A stretch of DNA of 63,623 nucleotides, counting the filler, from Licmophora abbreviata (lineage: Eukaryota): assembly GCA_900291995.1 (NCBI GenBank). It is 13 parts of 13 records of this genome, joined end to end, with 100 filler letters (N's around TTAATTAATTAA, not from the genome) between each part and the next. Parts side by side here need not be neighbours in the genome. Positions count along the whole stretch, not along the records: positions 8,302 to 16,825 come from OLMU01000118.1; positions 16,926 to 24,471 come from OLMU01000119.1; 11 more parts are not named here. One strand, written 5' to 3'. Both the position numbers and the translations under genes were made by a program. Within the stretch, counting starts at the first letter, position 1, and every line of letters starts with the position of its first letter. Shown here one piece after another: positions 11,052 through 22,165 of this stretch. The notes under the pieces are model-generated. The model was not told the origin of the DNA and did not search any database. It worked only from the letters and a program-made list of their open reading frames with translations.

Positions 11052-12029
11052 TCAGCAACGCTCAACGAGCGAAACAGAGACTGGAGAATGAGAGAGTTCG
11101 CCTTCGGTAGGTTCCTTCTTGATGACAAGATCTTCAAGCTCCTTCTCGATCTGCTGTTGCGCTGGGAGGACGTCGTTCTCGTGGTATTGGGCACTCTGAC
11201 TGTAGATGTACCAGAGACGATTCCGACTTGACTCGATGGCGTCGTCATTGTGCTCGAGACTGAAAGCAGATCGAAGAGCTTGAGCAAAGGCGTCTTGGTC
11301 TTCACAAGAGGCGACCGCTTCATCCATTCCCTCTATGGCGTTCAGCATGGCAGCGACAGCGACAATGCTTCTCGGTTGAGTCACGAACGAGTAGTCGAAC
11401 ACAGCAAGCTCGGCAAAGAACACCGCACGTTGGTAGATTGCTCGCGTCACTGGCCCCTTGGTGAACGGAAGCAGCGTCTGAAAGTGGTTGATGAAGCATT
11501 GGATCGTTGGGGGGTGCAATCGCCAGGCAAGCGACTGCAGAACAACGCCTTCCATTTCAGAGATGTGGTCCATATCGAACTCGCCTCGACTGAGCTCAGC
11601 CAGACTCGTCATGGTGATCTCCTTGCTGTTGAAGATCTTCGTGGCCGTGTATAGGCATGTCATGGCGGCGAGTTTGAAGGCCGCTCGATCGCAGCTGCAC
11701 TGATCGACGAAGCGGTCGAGATAGGAAATGGCGATAGATACGATCTCTCGAGAGGCGTGAAAGTGATCGATGATGCGGTACATCCAGTCCACCATTTTCT
11801 CGCGACAGAGCGTATCGGCGTGTGAAATGGAAGTTAGGGAGGAAACGCAGCCCGAATCGTTGTTTTCGAGGCTTTGACGATGCATGTAGTCGTGGCACTG
11901 GTAGGTAGAAGCCTCTTGCTGCAGCATTACGCCGACCCGGCCGACGACGTCCTCGTTGTCGCCTTCCGACGCACACGAGCGCGTGCCACGCATCCGAAGG
12001 CCCAGGAGTGGTCCCTGTTCGTTTGTCAT
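11052..12029 (-). CDS. Cyclin, diatom-specific (dsCYC-like) type
   Basis: Cyclin box CREKMVDWMYRIIDHF...EIVSIAISYLDRF...FKLAAMTCLYTATKI...MEGVVLQSLAWRLHPPT, plus cyclin C-terminal fold (AVFFAELAVFDY). Confidence 0.85.
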   Translation of the reverse strand: MTNEQGPLLGLRMRGTRSCASEGDNEDVVGRVGVMLQQEASTYQCHDYMHRQSLENNDSGCVSSLTSISHADTLCREKMVDWMYRIIDHFHASREIVSIAISYLDRFVDQCSCDRAAFKLAAMTCLYTATKIFNSKEITMTSLAELSRGEFDMDHISEMEGVVLQSLAWRLHPPTIQCFINHFQTLLPFTKGPVTRAIYQRAVFFAELAVFDYSFVTQPRSIVAVAAMLNAIEGMDEAVASCEDQDAFAQALRSAFSLEHNDDAIESSRNRLWYIYSQSAQYHENDVLPAQQQIEKELEDLVIKKEPTEGELSHSPVSVSLVERC

Positions 12030-12551
12030 GCTAGAGAACGTGGAGAAGAGTGTCAAGACGGGAGCGAAGAGTGTCAAAGTGGCACCGTGAGAAGAGTGGA
12101 TGATGCTGAGAGATTGACTGTGGGTGAGAGCAACGGCGACGATTTGTGCTTTGAAATCGGCGGGACGACGCAACTCGCGGGACCACATGAATTGTATTCG
12201 TACCTGTAGACGTTCATTGAAATTTCCCAAAAAAGGAATCGTAGAAAACTCAACAGTTCATTGAGACATGAAGGAAATTCATTGATCAATGGATGCGGCA
12301 ATTTTCTCGCTCCGGTGATTTGACAGTAATTCTCGCCGTTGAAAACCGCGTGTCCGATGATGTCTCAGAATGTCACTTCCTCATCACGTTTCAAACTCAC
12401 ACTTGACACGAAATGGCGACACACCTATGGGCTACAGCTTTGATGATAACCCTGCAAGTCGTCAAACGTATGATACCTCTGCGAGCTCAAGCACCATATT
12501 TACCAGTAGAAAGTACATGCGACCTTGTACAGCGACACCGGTATTATTAGC

Positions 12552-13913
12552 ATGGGCGTAATTGATTTTGCAAGGGGTCACCCAAATCGATCCTTGCTCC
12601 CGTCGGGTGCTGTGATTTCCTTGCTCTCGGGACTGTCAGAAACGTCTGCCGAGAACACCAAAGTGCTTGCTAGAGCTCTACAATACGGAGATTCCCCAGG
12701 GGAAGCGGACTTTCGATCCGCCATTTTGTCGTTTCTCGAACGACATACCGCGAATGACGAATTTGGTGACGCGTTCGAAACACCCAGTCGCGTCTCTGAC
12801 AAAAATCTTTTCATCACCAGTGGGGTTAGCCACGGAATAGAATTACTCTGTGCGACACAAACGGAGCCAGGCGATGTGGTGCTGGTCGAACGTCCCACTT
12901 ACTTTATCGCCAGTGATATATTTCGGAGCCATGGATTGAGAGTTGGACAACTACCAACAAGTACAACTCATGGCGGTGTTGATGTAGAGCGGCTGGTCGA
13001 GCTGATAGAATCCGGTGAAATAAACGTACCTCGTATGATCTACGTCATCCCTACGCACCAGAATCCAACTGGAAGAACCATGTCTTTGGAGGACAGAACG
13101 AGATTGGTTGCGTTTGCGGAACGACATGGCATTCTCGTGGTCGCGGATGAAGTTTACCACCTACTGGACTGGCGGCAATCGTCCGACCCCCCACGACCCG
13201 CCCGAATGTTCTTGCTGGGAAACAAACTAGATAGCGAGGCCTCGGGATCCTCGCGCGTCGGAGGTTGCGTCTCTGTCTCATCTTTCACAAAGATCTTTGC
13301 TCCTGGAATTCGGTGCGGTTGGGTAGAGGGCAAACATTCTGTTATCGACTCTCTCATCAATTATGGATACATTCAGAGTCAGGTACGCGTTTTAGCACAA
13401 TTCGCTGTAGGAGTTATCAAGCACGTGTCATGACGGGCGCGTTGCCCCAGTCCTTGTATCCGACAACTCTAACCGACTTGTCGTGTGATGTAGGGGGGTG
13501 TCACTCCGTTTGTAGGAGAAGTCATGCGGACAGCGCTAACCACCGGAGTCGCCGATAAAGTTCTTGATGAGCTCCGGTCGAATTACAACGAGCGGGTGAA
13601 CCATCTGATCGATAAGCTTGTGTCTGAACCAAGGATACAAATTGCGTTTCGGCCACTCGGAGGTTACTTTCTCTGGATTAAATTCCCCCACGGTGTGATC
13701 AGCGAGGAGCTCTTATCATCTTGTCGCGATAAGATAAAATTCATGCCTGGTGTTCGATGTGATCCATCAGGAGACGCCGAAACTAGACAACGATTCGCCT
13801 CGCACGCTCGCTTGTGCTTTGCCGACCTATCCGTCGAAGAGCTCGAATGTGGATCAGATCGACTGGTTGAGTGTCTTCGGAACCACCTTATTGGTATGAA
13901 AAGCAGAGATTGA
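12552..13913 (+). CDS. PLP-dependent aminotransferase class I/II (2-aminoadipate/aromatic transaminase-like), intron 13383-13493
   Basis: IDFARGHP, LVERPTY, YVIPTHQNPTG, VADEVY, SFTKIFAPGIRCGW (PLP lysine), GGYFLW, RLCFA. Confidence 0.9.
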
Positions 13914-14056
13914 AGATCTTATGTCTGAATTGTACAATACACTTTATGTTCTGGTGTCTTTGGTGGCACATCCGGTAGCAAAATGATAGTCCTATTTGTG
14001 CTCGTAAAACCTCAATCCCGCGATCCGCTAGATTTTCTGCTGTTGCTACCTATGGG

Positions 14057-15624
14057 TTATGTTTGCTGCCAAGTATTCATCTCAAATTTTGCCGCTATCA
14101 TCAAGTGATCAGACGGATAGCGCAGACTCGGTAGCTGGTCCGCTTCCATCTCTGAAACTTCGGGTATACCCAGCGTGTGTGAACAAGTGAGACTTCGGAA
14201 TAGAATATATAATCAATGACTCGTTGCACGGTTTCATCGCCTCGTGTCTTCCGGGTCGTGAAAAAGCCGGGGTTCGGAGGATCGACAGGATACGCGGAGC
14301 GATACCCCATCCGCCTCACTTCTGATTTCTTCCTGCCATGGTCGATCACCATGGGGACACAACTATTTCTAATTGGAGCATGACTTGGTGGATCGGCGTT
14401 GAAATCGCCAAGAATAAGGGCGCGCACTTGTTTGTCGGCAGTCTTTTTTGTTGATTCCACTTGGTCCTCCACTCGACGAAGCAACTCCGCGACTTGTTCA
14501 CATCGTATTCTCTCGTTCTCGGCAGTTCTGGTTGCTTTCAAGTGAGTCACAGCAACGACCAGATACTCCCCACTTCCTCGGTGCTGCAGAGTAGCCAAAA
14601 TAAGTACCTGTGTGCCCTTGCTGTAGACTAAGCGACGCTCCGATACCAACTGAAACGTGTCGCTCTTCCACAGCAGCGCACAGCCATCTGAATACCACCC
14701 AAGATTAAAGCCTGGGGCACGGATCTTTGGCATAAAGATCCCTTTGTATCCAAATAGCTTCAAAATCGGCAAGAAGAATCCGTGGTAACGATCGACCTCT
14801 TCTAAAGCGATGATATCAAACAACGATCCACTGTTTAAGATGACCTCGACAAGGCGCCATTTCCTCAGGCTAAAGTCCAGCGCTACCTGAGGATGCAGAA
14901 CGTTCGTAAATCCACCATAATTGTTCTTCTTGTTGTCTTTCGTGAAAGCGGGCTCGCGATTGAAAGGTCTCTTGACGTTAGGTCCTGCCGAAAGTCCTTC
15001 GGCGAGAGTATTGAACTGCATCACCCAGAACGACGGTCCCAAAGGTGTATCGACATTAGTAGCGGCGCCGTTGACTTCTTTATCTCCTTTCTCATGCTTG
15101 ACAGTCGCATTCCATGAACGAGCATATACATCCGCGCGGCCGTACACCTTCTGTGCTTCTCGAACCTCATGAATCCTGTGAAACACGTCTTCTGGAGTCT
15201 TAATGTCTCGCAGACACTCGTCTGGTGAGCCCTGCAGTCGTATCCATCGACTGGGCTTTTCTGAATCGTTGTCTAGCAGTATCTCCTCGTAAGCGGTGCA
15301 ACCAAAGTCGTCCAAGACTGAGCAGTACTCATCGAGATCCATCATTTCCTCATCGGATGTTTCTACGTGTGCTGTGTCTAGCGATGTAGACGCGGTCGAC
15401 TTCAACGACCGGTTCCGCTCATTCGAGTCGTCCGTTCTGGACGAAGAGTTCGACGCAGACATAGATAGGAACGTTGGTATCTGTCCTGCTGTTCCAAGGA
15501 CCAAATTTGACCTTCTGAGGTTGTATGGAACGAATCTTCTGACAAACGAAGATACAGAGGCTACGATTCCCATAAAGTAGAAACACGCCCCAATCAACCA
15601 GATCACTCTACTCTTTCCTGGCAT
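14057..15624 (-). CDS. Nocturnin/CCR4-like EEP phosphatase (frameshift near 14190)
   Basis: MQFNTLAEGL, DIIALEEVD, DGCALLWK, VTHLKA, LILGDFNA, IDYIFYS; adjacent frame supplies LPSLRYPSDHLMIAAKF, ending TAA at 14057. Confidence 0.85.
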
Positions 15625-16326
15625 GACCGACCCAACCGAGCAGTCAGGATTTAGTAGCTTTCGTCACACACTTCTTTGATCAATGGCTTGGCTCGCAGCG
15701 ATCGTTTCCGTAGCGTGTCATGATGCCAACGTGGAAGCGGCATCACGAACATACAATGCGACTCGAGACTTCGATCGCAGTCTCTGTGCTGGTCGTCGCG
15801 GCGGATGCGCGATCACTCGATCTCGATCTCTCTCTTTCGCGTCGTCGTCGCTCTGTGCTTTAAGAGAGTGTCACCAAGTGGAATGTCGCGCCGGTGTCCA
15901 ACTGACATTTTCCATGTCGCCTTGCGACATTTTTCTCCTTGAGGATTGAAACGATGATGATGGCTACGATGTGATGATCGATTGAAGCTGGGTTGCATGC
16001 ATCAAACATAACTGTAAATCATTTTCTCGTCTTCGCCTATTCAGCAATAACATATCATAGAGTCAAAAGGGATGTCAAGCGTCTGCTTCGAATGTAATTC
16101 AGACCCAGCATCTCGCGAAAGATTTCAATGACAAAGCACTAGCTCTACATAGAACACGCGGATAGACTTGTCTAGCGGTCGTAAGATGGTGAGCGTATCA
16201 GAATTCCACCTAGTACGTGTCAAACAAGATCCATGTATCACAACGGCTTCCACTAAAGCACGAAAGTGCATCGCGCAAATCTGGCCATCGACCAGCCCAC
16301 AAAAGCTTTTACAAAGTACGTCAAGG

Positions 16327-16626
16327 CTACTCCGGAATGCCCCTTTTCTTCATTTCTGCCCGAGCTTCTTTGATTTGATTTTCAAGCTCAGTCGCTGCTT
16401 CCGGGCAATCCTTGAAATTCATCAGCCCGTACCCAATAGAGATGAGTGCATAGACGGCCAGTGTCGCAAGGGCCCAAACGGGGGCAAATCGGACAAGCAG
16501 CCTTACTTGGTCCGGAGACGGTGAAGATGCTACTAGGTGTTCCTCATTCTGTAGCCCAGCATACCACAATGCAAGAAACAGACATCCGTAGGATAAAAAA
16601 ACTTGATAGCGGAGCAGTCCTCCCAT
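16327..16626 (-). CDS. DPM3: Dolichol-phosphate mannosyltransferase subunit 3
   Basis: 99 aa, two TM helices, then FKDCPEAATELENQIKEARAEMKKRG signature. Confidence 0.9.
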   Translation of the reverse strand: MGGLLRYQVFLSYGCLFLALWYAGLQNEEHLVASSPSPDQVRLLVRFAPVWALATLAVYALISIGYGLMNFKDCPEAATELENQIKEARAEMKKRGIPE

Positions 16627-17159
16627 GTTGACTCGCGCACAATGCAGTCGCAGAGACGTCGTATCCTTGTTGCGTGGTTCTCGGTTCTACACGAAAATTC
16701 TTTGCCCTCTCTAGTAATCCGTGGCAACCGCGACAATGTTCAAGGAGATCAAGGGTTCTAAAAGCTTCGATGGGACATCCCTCTGGTGATAATGGATCCT
16801 GGCTCTGTCGTCGCGTTTCGCATTGNNNNNNNNNNNNNNNNNNNNNNNNNNNNNNNNNNNNNNNNNNNNTTAATTAATTAANNNNNNNNNNNNNNNNNNN
16901 NNNNNNNNNNNNNNNNNNNNNNNNNAATCATGTCGGCATCTCAATTCGCGGCACGCGCGACACCGCGCGTTTGACTTTCCGTATCGCGACGATCTGTGTA
17001 TGCTCGTCGTCGGTCTTGAAGATCGATGAGTGCCAATGCATAAGCGGAGCAACGACGACAAAGGCATTGCCCTACACCCGATCCAATGTATTAGGTTACA
17101 GGTAAACCTCTCTAGTCCTGTCCTGGCGAGCTAAGCCACATCTAGTTTATATAGGTCTC

Positions 17160-18894
17160 TCAACCTCGAGAATATCCGCCCTGGAACTTGTCCTTAAGAC
17201 CGCTCGCCGCGCCTCCCATAACCATACTTAGCGCGTTCTTGTCAACTCGACGCCCGTCGTCTAAATCCTTATCGCGACTCCACTGCCATTCCGACTTTCC
17301 CCCTTTGTGAGTGGCCGCCTTTTCTGCAGCTTTCTTTTGTCGGTGCTGCTCAATAAGCGTAGGTCCCCTCGCTTCATGATGTATTCGCATGATTGCATCC
17401 ATTTCAGCTTGCAGCGCGGGATCAACCGGTGCTGCTTGCATGGCTGCACCCGACTGTTTCGTGTTCTGGAATGAGCGATTCTTCAGCGGGGCGCCAGACT
17501 TGATGCCCTGTAGAAACTCGTGCTCGCCAGGTTCCATCATCCACTCTTCTCGTTCCTTAGTTTCCCCAGATGGCAGCGCTGGCCCACTCCCCGTTCCCGT
17601 TACACCTTCCAACTCTTTCTTTCGTTTAGCTGCCATCGCCTCGACAACCTCAGGAGGCAGAGAAGGACCTTGTTGAACGCGTCGTCTTGCTGTAGAGCTC
17701 CCCACAGGAGCTGGACCTTCGTCGTCGTCGTCGTCGTGGATATCCTCGCGGGAGGCCATAGATGCTGCTGGGCCACGAACTTGACGTTTCGTATGCTCGT
17801 TTTTGGTTCGAGTGGCGTACGTTTTGCACACATCCAAGATGGACTGCATTTTGGTTCTACTGGTAGAAGTAGCATTGTCCCCAGTCTCGTCCGGTAGCCC
17901 GAATCCCATTATCGGATCCTCCCCTTGTGATGCAACGTCGCCATCGTCACTATCTCCTTCCATTTCTGACTTTTCAAGCCCGGCGAGTGAGAAAAATTTG
18001 CTCCATTGCACTCCGCAGCTTGTCGTCCGCGAGACCGTCGAGCGAAATATTCTCGCCGGCCAAAATCACACTGCACAATTCACCAAACTCATGAGCAAGA
18101 GCCGGCGTCTCGCTTCCGGCTGCAGTAGTCTTGCCGAATGCTTCCAGCATAGCATGCGTTATTGACTGCAAATCTGGCCTATTGCTCTGAGATTTTTCTT
18201 GCGGATTAGTAAAGCTTTCGGCCGCTTCCAACGTGACACCGATCTGATCTAGAAGCGTACGAGCAATCTTGACCAGAAGTAATTCATTGGCTCTCTGAGG
18301 TCCAGCAGTTGGAGCTTGCCATCTCCATGCGCCGGTATCCCCTTTCTCTACACCGAACGGCGCCAACGTCGACAAGACATGCTGAAGACGTGTTGAAGCA
18401 TGCATGTCAGGCATTTGACTCAGATCGAACGAAGTCCCCCCAGCCAGACGAATCAACATGACTGGGACCTCTGATGCCATTCCAGGGTACGATTGAAAAA
18501 GATCGTGCAGGGCGTCCGCGAACGCATGATTGCGCTGCAACTCGTCGAGCGACGACTGGTCTTCGCCGTCCCGACGTTTATGATGCTCTCGATGTGTTCG
18601 CTTCTCCTCCTTGCGCCGTTTCTTTTCACTTTTCTTCTCCTCATCTCGCCGTTTCTTCTTTTCTTTTCTTCGACGCTTCCGATCGCGATGGTCAGAATCC
18701 CCGGATCGCGAATCAACACTGGACGACGCATCATCCTCGCTGCTGCGGTCGTGCTTGCGGCGTCCCCGGCCGTCTCGATGTTTACGCTTTCTGGACGACT
18801 TGTGGTGTCTTCTTTTGTCTCTCTTCCTTTCATCATAGTTTCTATCAGTATCTTTCCTTTTCACATCCCCAAGAAGATCGTCGTCGCGAACCAT
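17160..18894 (-). CDS. GPALPP1/DUF3752-like nuclear protein (frameshift at A-run about 17992-17996)
   Basis: Arg/Lys/Asp-rich N-terminus; GPSLPP and GPALP repeats, REEWMMEP, TLIEQH, WSRDKDL, LKDKFQGG; the two ORFs join as EQIF-SLAGLEK. Confidence 0.75.
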
Positions 18895-19202
18895 TGTTGC
18901 TCGGGACGATGGCTCTCGTTGTCGATGATGAACACACACACATCTAATTTTCTCATGGGATGCTTCACATTCAACATGACGAGAGTGAACGAGAAGCGGA
19001 CCGACGTACAGAAGTGATGATGTCATGCTGAGGTCATATTGGGCGCGCCATCACACACAGACGCATCGCGCGGTTCGGAACGCGGTGCGTGGCGGGAAAC
19101 CACATCTTGAATCTCTAGAAAGTCGTCGTCGCCGTTGCAATCGACGTCTCACTATCAGCTTCCGAGCTTGTTCGTTGCCGCGCTCAAGAGATCGCCGAGA
19201 AC

Positions 19203-20555
19203 ATGCCGCCTCAGGAGTCGACCAACCTTCTTGGATGCGCTGAGGGCGCCAAAGATACCGCGCTCGGTGTTCTTTCCTCTCAGATGTCTTCGTTCAGTGA
19301 GGCATCGTCGGGCAGTGGTGCCAAACGTTCGAAACACCGCCTCTTGGTGGGGGCAGCTTTGTTCCTGGGGGCGCTTGTGGTTCTTGGAGTAGTGTCTCAC
19401 AAGAAGAACTCGCTCCGAAAACCCATCGGACCATACAAGCTGGTAGAGTGCCAAGAGGGCTCCAATTTCTTTTCCCATTATGACTTTTTCGACGGCCCGG
19501 ACAGCGAAGGCTCCGCTGGGTACATTACGTATGTTGGCGAGAAACAAGCTGTGAGCTCCGGACTTGCGAATGTGACGACAGAAGTGACAGAAGATCCATA
19601 TGATTCCAATAGCGTCGAAACCGAGCAAGACTTCATCTTTATTCAATCCAAGCCGACTAGCAAGGGCCCTCGTGACTCGGTTCGATTAGAAGGAAAGCGC
19701 CGATACGACCGCGGCTTGTTCATTCTAGACCTCCGTCACTTACCGGTCGGCTGCGGGGTGTGGCCTGCCTTTTGGTTAACTGATGAAGCCAACTGGCCAG
19801 ATAATGGAGAAATCGACATCGTTGAAGGAGTAAACCTTCAGTCCGCTGTCAAGACAGCTCTGCACACATCAAGTATGTGCAGTATGTTCGGTCACGTTCC
19901 CGATTACAGCAAGACTGGCACATGGGACCATGCGACTGGCCTGCCAGATACCTTTACCGGAAAAATGGACTTTGATACGAAAGTTCCGGCCGACGACTGC
20001 TGGGTGATGGCTCCGCATCAGTGGATGAACCAGGGATGTGTTGCTGTCTCTGAAGACAATTCAACTCTGGGAGAGCCGCTCAACGCCAAAGGGGGTGGTG
20101 TTTATGTACTTGATTGGGATCCTTCGAATCAGTATATCAAGTCATGGGTCTTTTCACCGCACACTGCAGTTCCAGAGAACTTGCAGGACGCCATGTCGAC
20201 GGCCACTCACAGCAATCCGTCAGAACGTGTCACTCCTGAACCTGAACAATGGGGACCACCGTACGCCTACTTTGCTGTTGGAGATAAGACGGGATGTACG
20301 AGCGACCATTTTAAGAATATGCGCCTCGTGATAAATTTGGCGTTTTGCGGTACCGTGTCCGGAAACAGGTTCATGCGGGACTGTCCCAATTTAGCCGATA
20401 AGTTTATGGTGGACGACGATCCAGTCAAGACGTGCAACGCGTACATCGAGTCACAGCCTGAAATGTTGAACGAAGCATACTGGAAGATTCGAGGCGTCTA
20501 CGTGTATGAGCGTGACTGGGGGAGAATGAGTGACGAATCAGCGAGCGTAGAATAG
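19203..20555 (+). CDS. GH16 endo-1,3(4)-beta-glucanase (Lam16A-like), type II membrane-anchored
   Basis: TM segment LLVGAALFLGALVVLGVV; RDSVRL, GCGVWPAFW, WPDNGEIDIVEGVN (ExDxxE catalytic motif), LVINLAFCG, EAYWKI. Confidence 0.9.
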   Translation: MPPQESTNLLGCAEGAKDTALGVLSSQMSSFSEASSGSGAKRSKHRLLVGAALFLGALVVLGVVSHKKNSLRKPIGPYKLVECQEGSNFFSHYDFFDGPDSEGSAGYITYVGEKQAVSSGLANVTTEVTEDPYDSNSVETEQDFIFIQSKPTSKGPRDSVRLEGKRRYDRGLFILDLRHLPVGCGVWPAFWLTDEANWPDNGEIDIVEGVNLQSAVKTALHTSSMCSMFGHVPDYSKTGTWDHATGLPDTFTGKMDFDTKVPADDCWVMAPHQWMNQGCVAVSEDNSTLGEPLNAKGGGVYVLDWDPSNQYIKSWVFSPHTAVPENLQDAMSTATHSNPSERVTPEPEQWGPPYAYFAVGDKTGCTSDHFKNMRLVINLAFCGTVSGNRFMRDCPNLADKFMVDDDPVKTCNAYIESQPEMLNEAYWKIRGVYVYERDWGRMSDESASVE

Positions 20556-20567
20556 AAAAAGACTCAG

Positions 20568-21611
20568 TTAAAACCTATAGAAACTTCGTGCTGTACCAGC
20601 GAAGAGCTCCCACCTCTCTTGATCGCTATAGTCTGCAAAGAAAGAATGTAAATGTCTGAGAAATTCAACGGGATTTGGCCCAACATCGCTGAGACCGTCT
20701 GCATCCGATATTGCTCCATTCTTCCACCAGTTAAGCGCTACCATGCATCGATTAGCACCAAAGAGCTCAACAGTTTCCCTGACAAGACTTCGAAGCAAGG
20801 CTATCCGTTCTGGTGATCGCATCCAACCCGGAACTGCGTACCCTAGCATTGAGATTTTGACATGCACGTGGGGAAGCTTCGCCATTTCCTTCATTCCGTC
20901 TCGCCACACCTGCAACTCCGTCGCGTCTGGCTTAAGGTTCTTGTTCAACGGTAAATCTAGTCCTAAAAGCATGCGCGGCTTGCCGAGATGGTCTATGCAT
21001 ACTGGAACACGTGGGTGACGGGAACAAAGCAGAGCCGCGTCCTGAAGCTGCACAGGAGCACATTGCAAGTCGAAACTCAGTCCGTGCTTCGCCAAGACAG
21101 CGAAACCGCGTTCGAATTCAGGCATTGTGTGTCCCTCGTACCCACCCTTACTCCCTCGCAGATAGTCAATCCCATTATGACGCTTGGTGGCCACATGCGT
21201 AGCTGTGTTTGACTCAAAGGGTCCAACGCAATCCAAGATCCATCGTACGCCCCGGACCATGGGCGATGCGGCTTTGAGTGCAGTCAAGTCGGCATCGACG
21301 TTTGGTGATACGAGATCGCAAGAAGCCACAATAGCTCGGACACTCGAGCCTTCGAACGAGTCCACCCATTCCACTTCTTTCTCTCCGTCGTCGGGCATAC
21401 ATTCGACATGCACGGATCCAATCAGTTTTACCCCAGCCTGCGCTAGTGGGCTTGTTACATCAGCCTCGTAGTGCTCCGGAAGATACTGCTCGTTTGGAAC
21501 CAATGAGCCAAGAAATGATTGAAATTCGTTGTTCCTTGTGTCAAGATAGTGATGGTGGGCATCAACAAACTCATTAGAGAGCAGTGGCGGGTGACAACTC
21601 TCCTCCACCAT
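20568..21611 (-). CDS. Amidohydrolase_2 family protein (sugar lactonase-like), intronless
   Basis: VDAHHH, VRGVRW, LSFDLQC, CIDHLGKP, WRDGMKEMAKLPHVHVKISMLG, LFGANRCM, LFAGTARSFY. Confidence 0.85.
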   Translation of the reverse strand: MVEESCHPPLLSNEFVDAHHHYLDTRNNEFQSFLGSLVPNEQYLPEHYEADVTSPLAQAGVKLIGSVHVECMPDDGEKEVEWVDSFEGSSVRAIVASCDLVSPNVDADLTALKAASPMVRGVRWILDCVGPFESNTATHVATKRHNGIDYLRGSKGGYEGHTMPEFERGFAVLAKHGLSFDLQCAPVQLQDAALLCSRHPRVPVCIDHLGKPRMLLGLDLPLNKNLKPDATELQVWRDGMKEMAKLPHVHVKISMLGYAVPGWMRSPERIALLRSLVRETVELFGANRCMVALNWWKNGAISDADGLSDVGPNPVEFLRHLHSFFADYSDQERWELFAGTARSFYRF

Positions 21612-22165
21612 CGTGTTCGTCGTTCAATACCATCAAGCGACGCAAAATTGCCCGCACCCTCATCGCATCGCAGCCTCTTCGCGTCGCGCGCTTATGTGCG
21701 AACGAAAAGATCACACGCGAGAGACGCGGAGAGCGAGCAGGCTTGACGCTCGGCGACTCTCCACTACGAGTCTAGGATGTGTACTGTGTGTTGCGATGCG
21801 GCCAGAATCGACGCAAACTCCAAACTTCAAAGCTTTGGTCACACTACTCGTCTCATCTCTTGACGTTATCGCATCCAAACTGGACCTGATGCGTACCCTG
21901 AATTTGACATTTCCTTCACTCTATCTTGCCACCCCTAGCTAATAGGCCTCTCTGTCACGCCTTACCAGATACGTGAAGTTGTTGGCCGACAGCAAATCAT
22001 GCCCCAATCATAACTTGTACAGCTTACCGAGATGGATATGTATGCCGTCAATAGGGGATGACGACCTTACCAAGCAGTCGGCTACCAAAAAATTTGTTCA
22101 CTAAACTTTAAAATCTCCACACCTTCGTGCTTCGTGTGCACAAAAATAACACCTCATAGCGCTTT

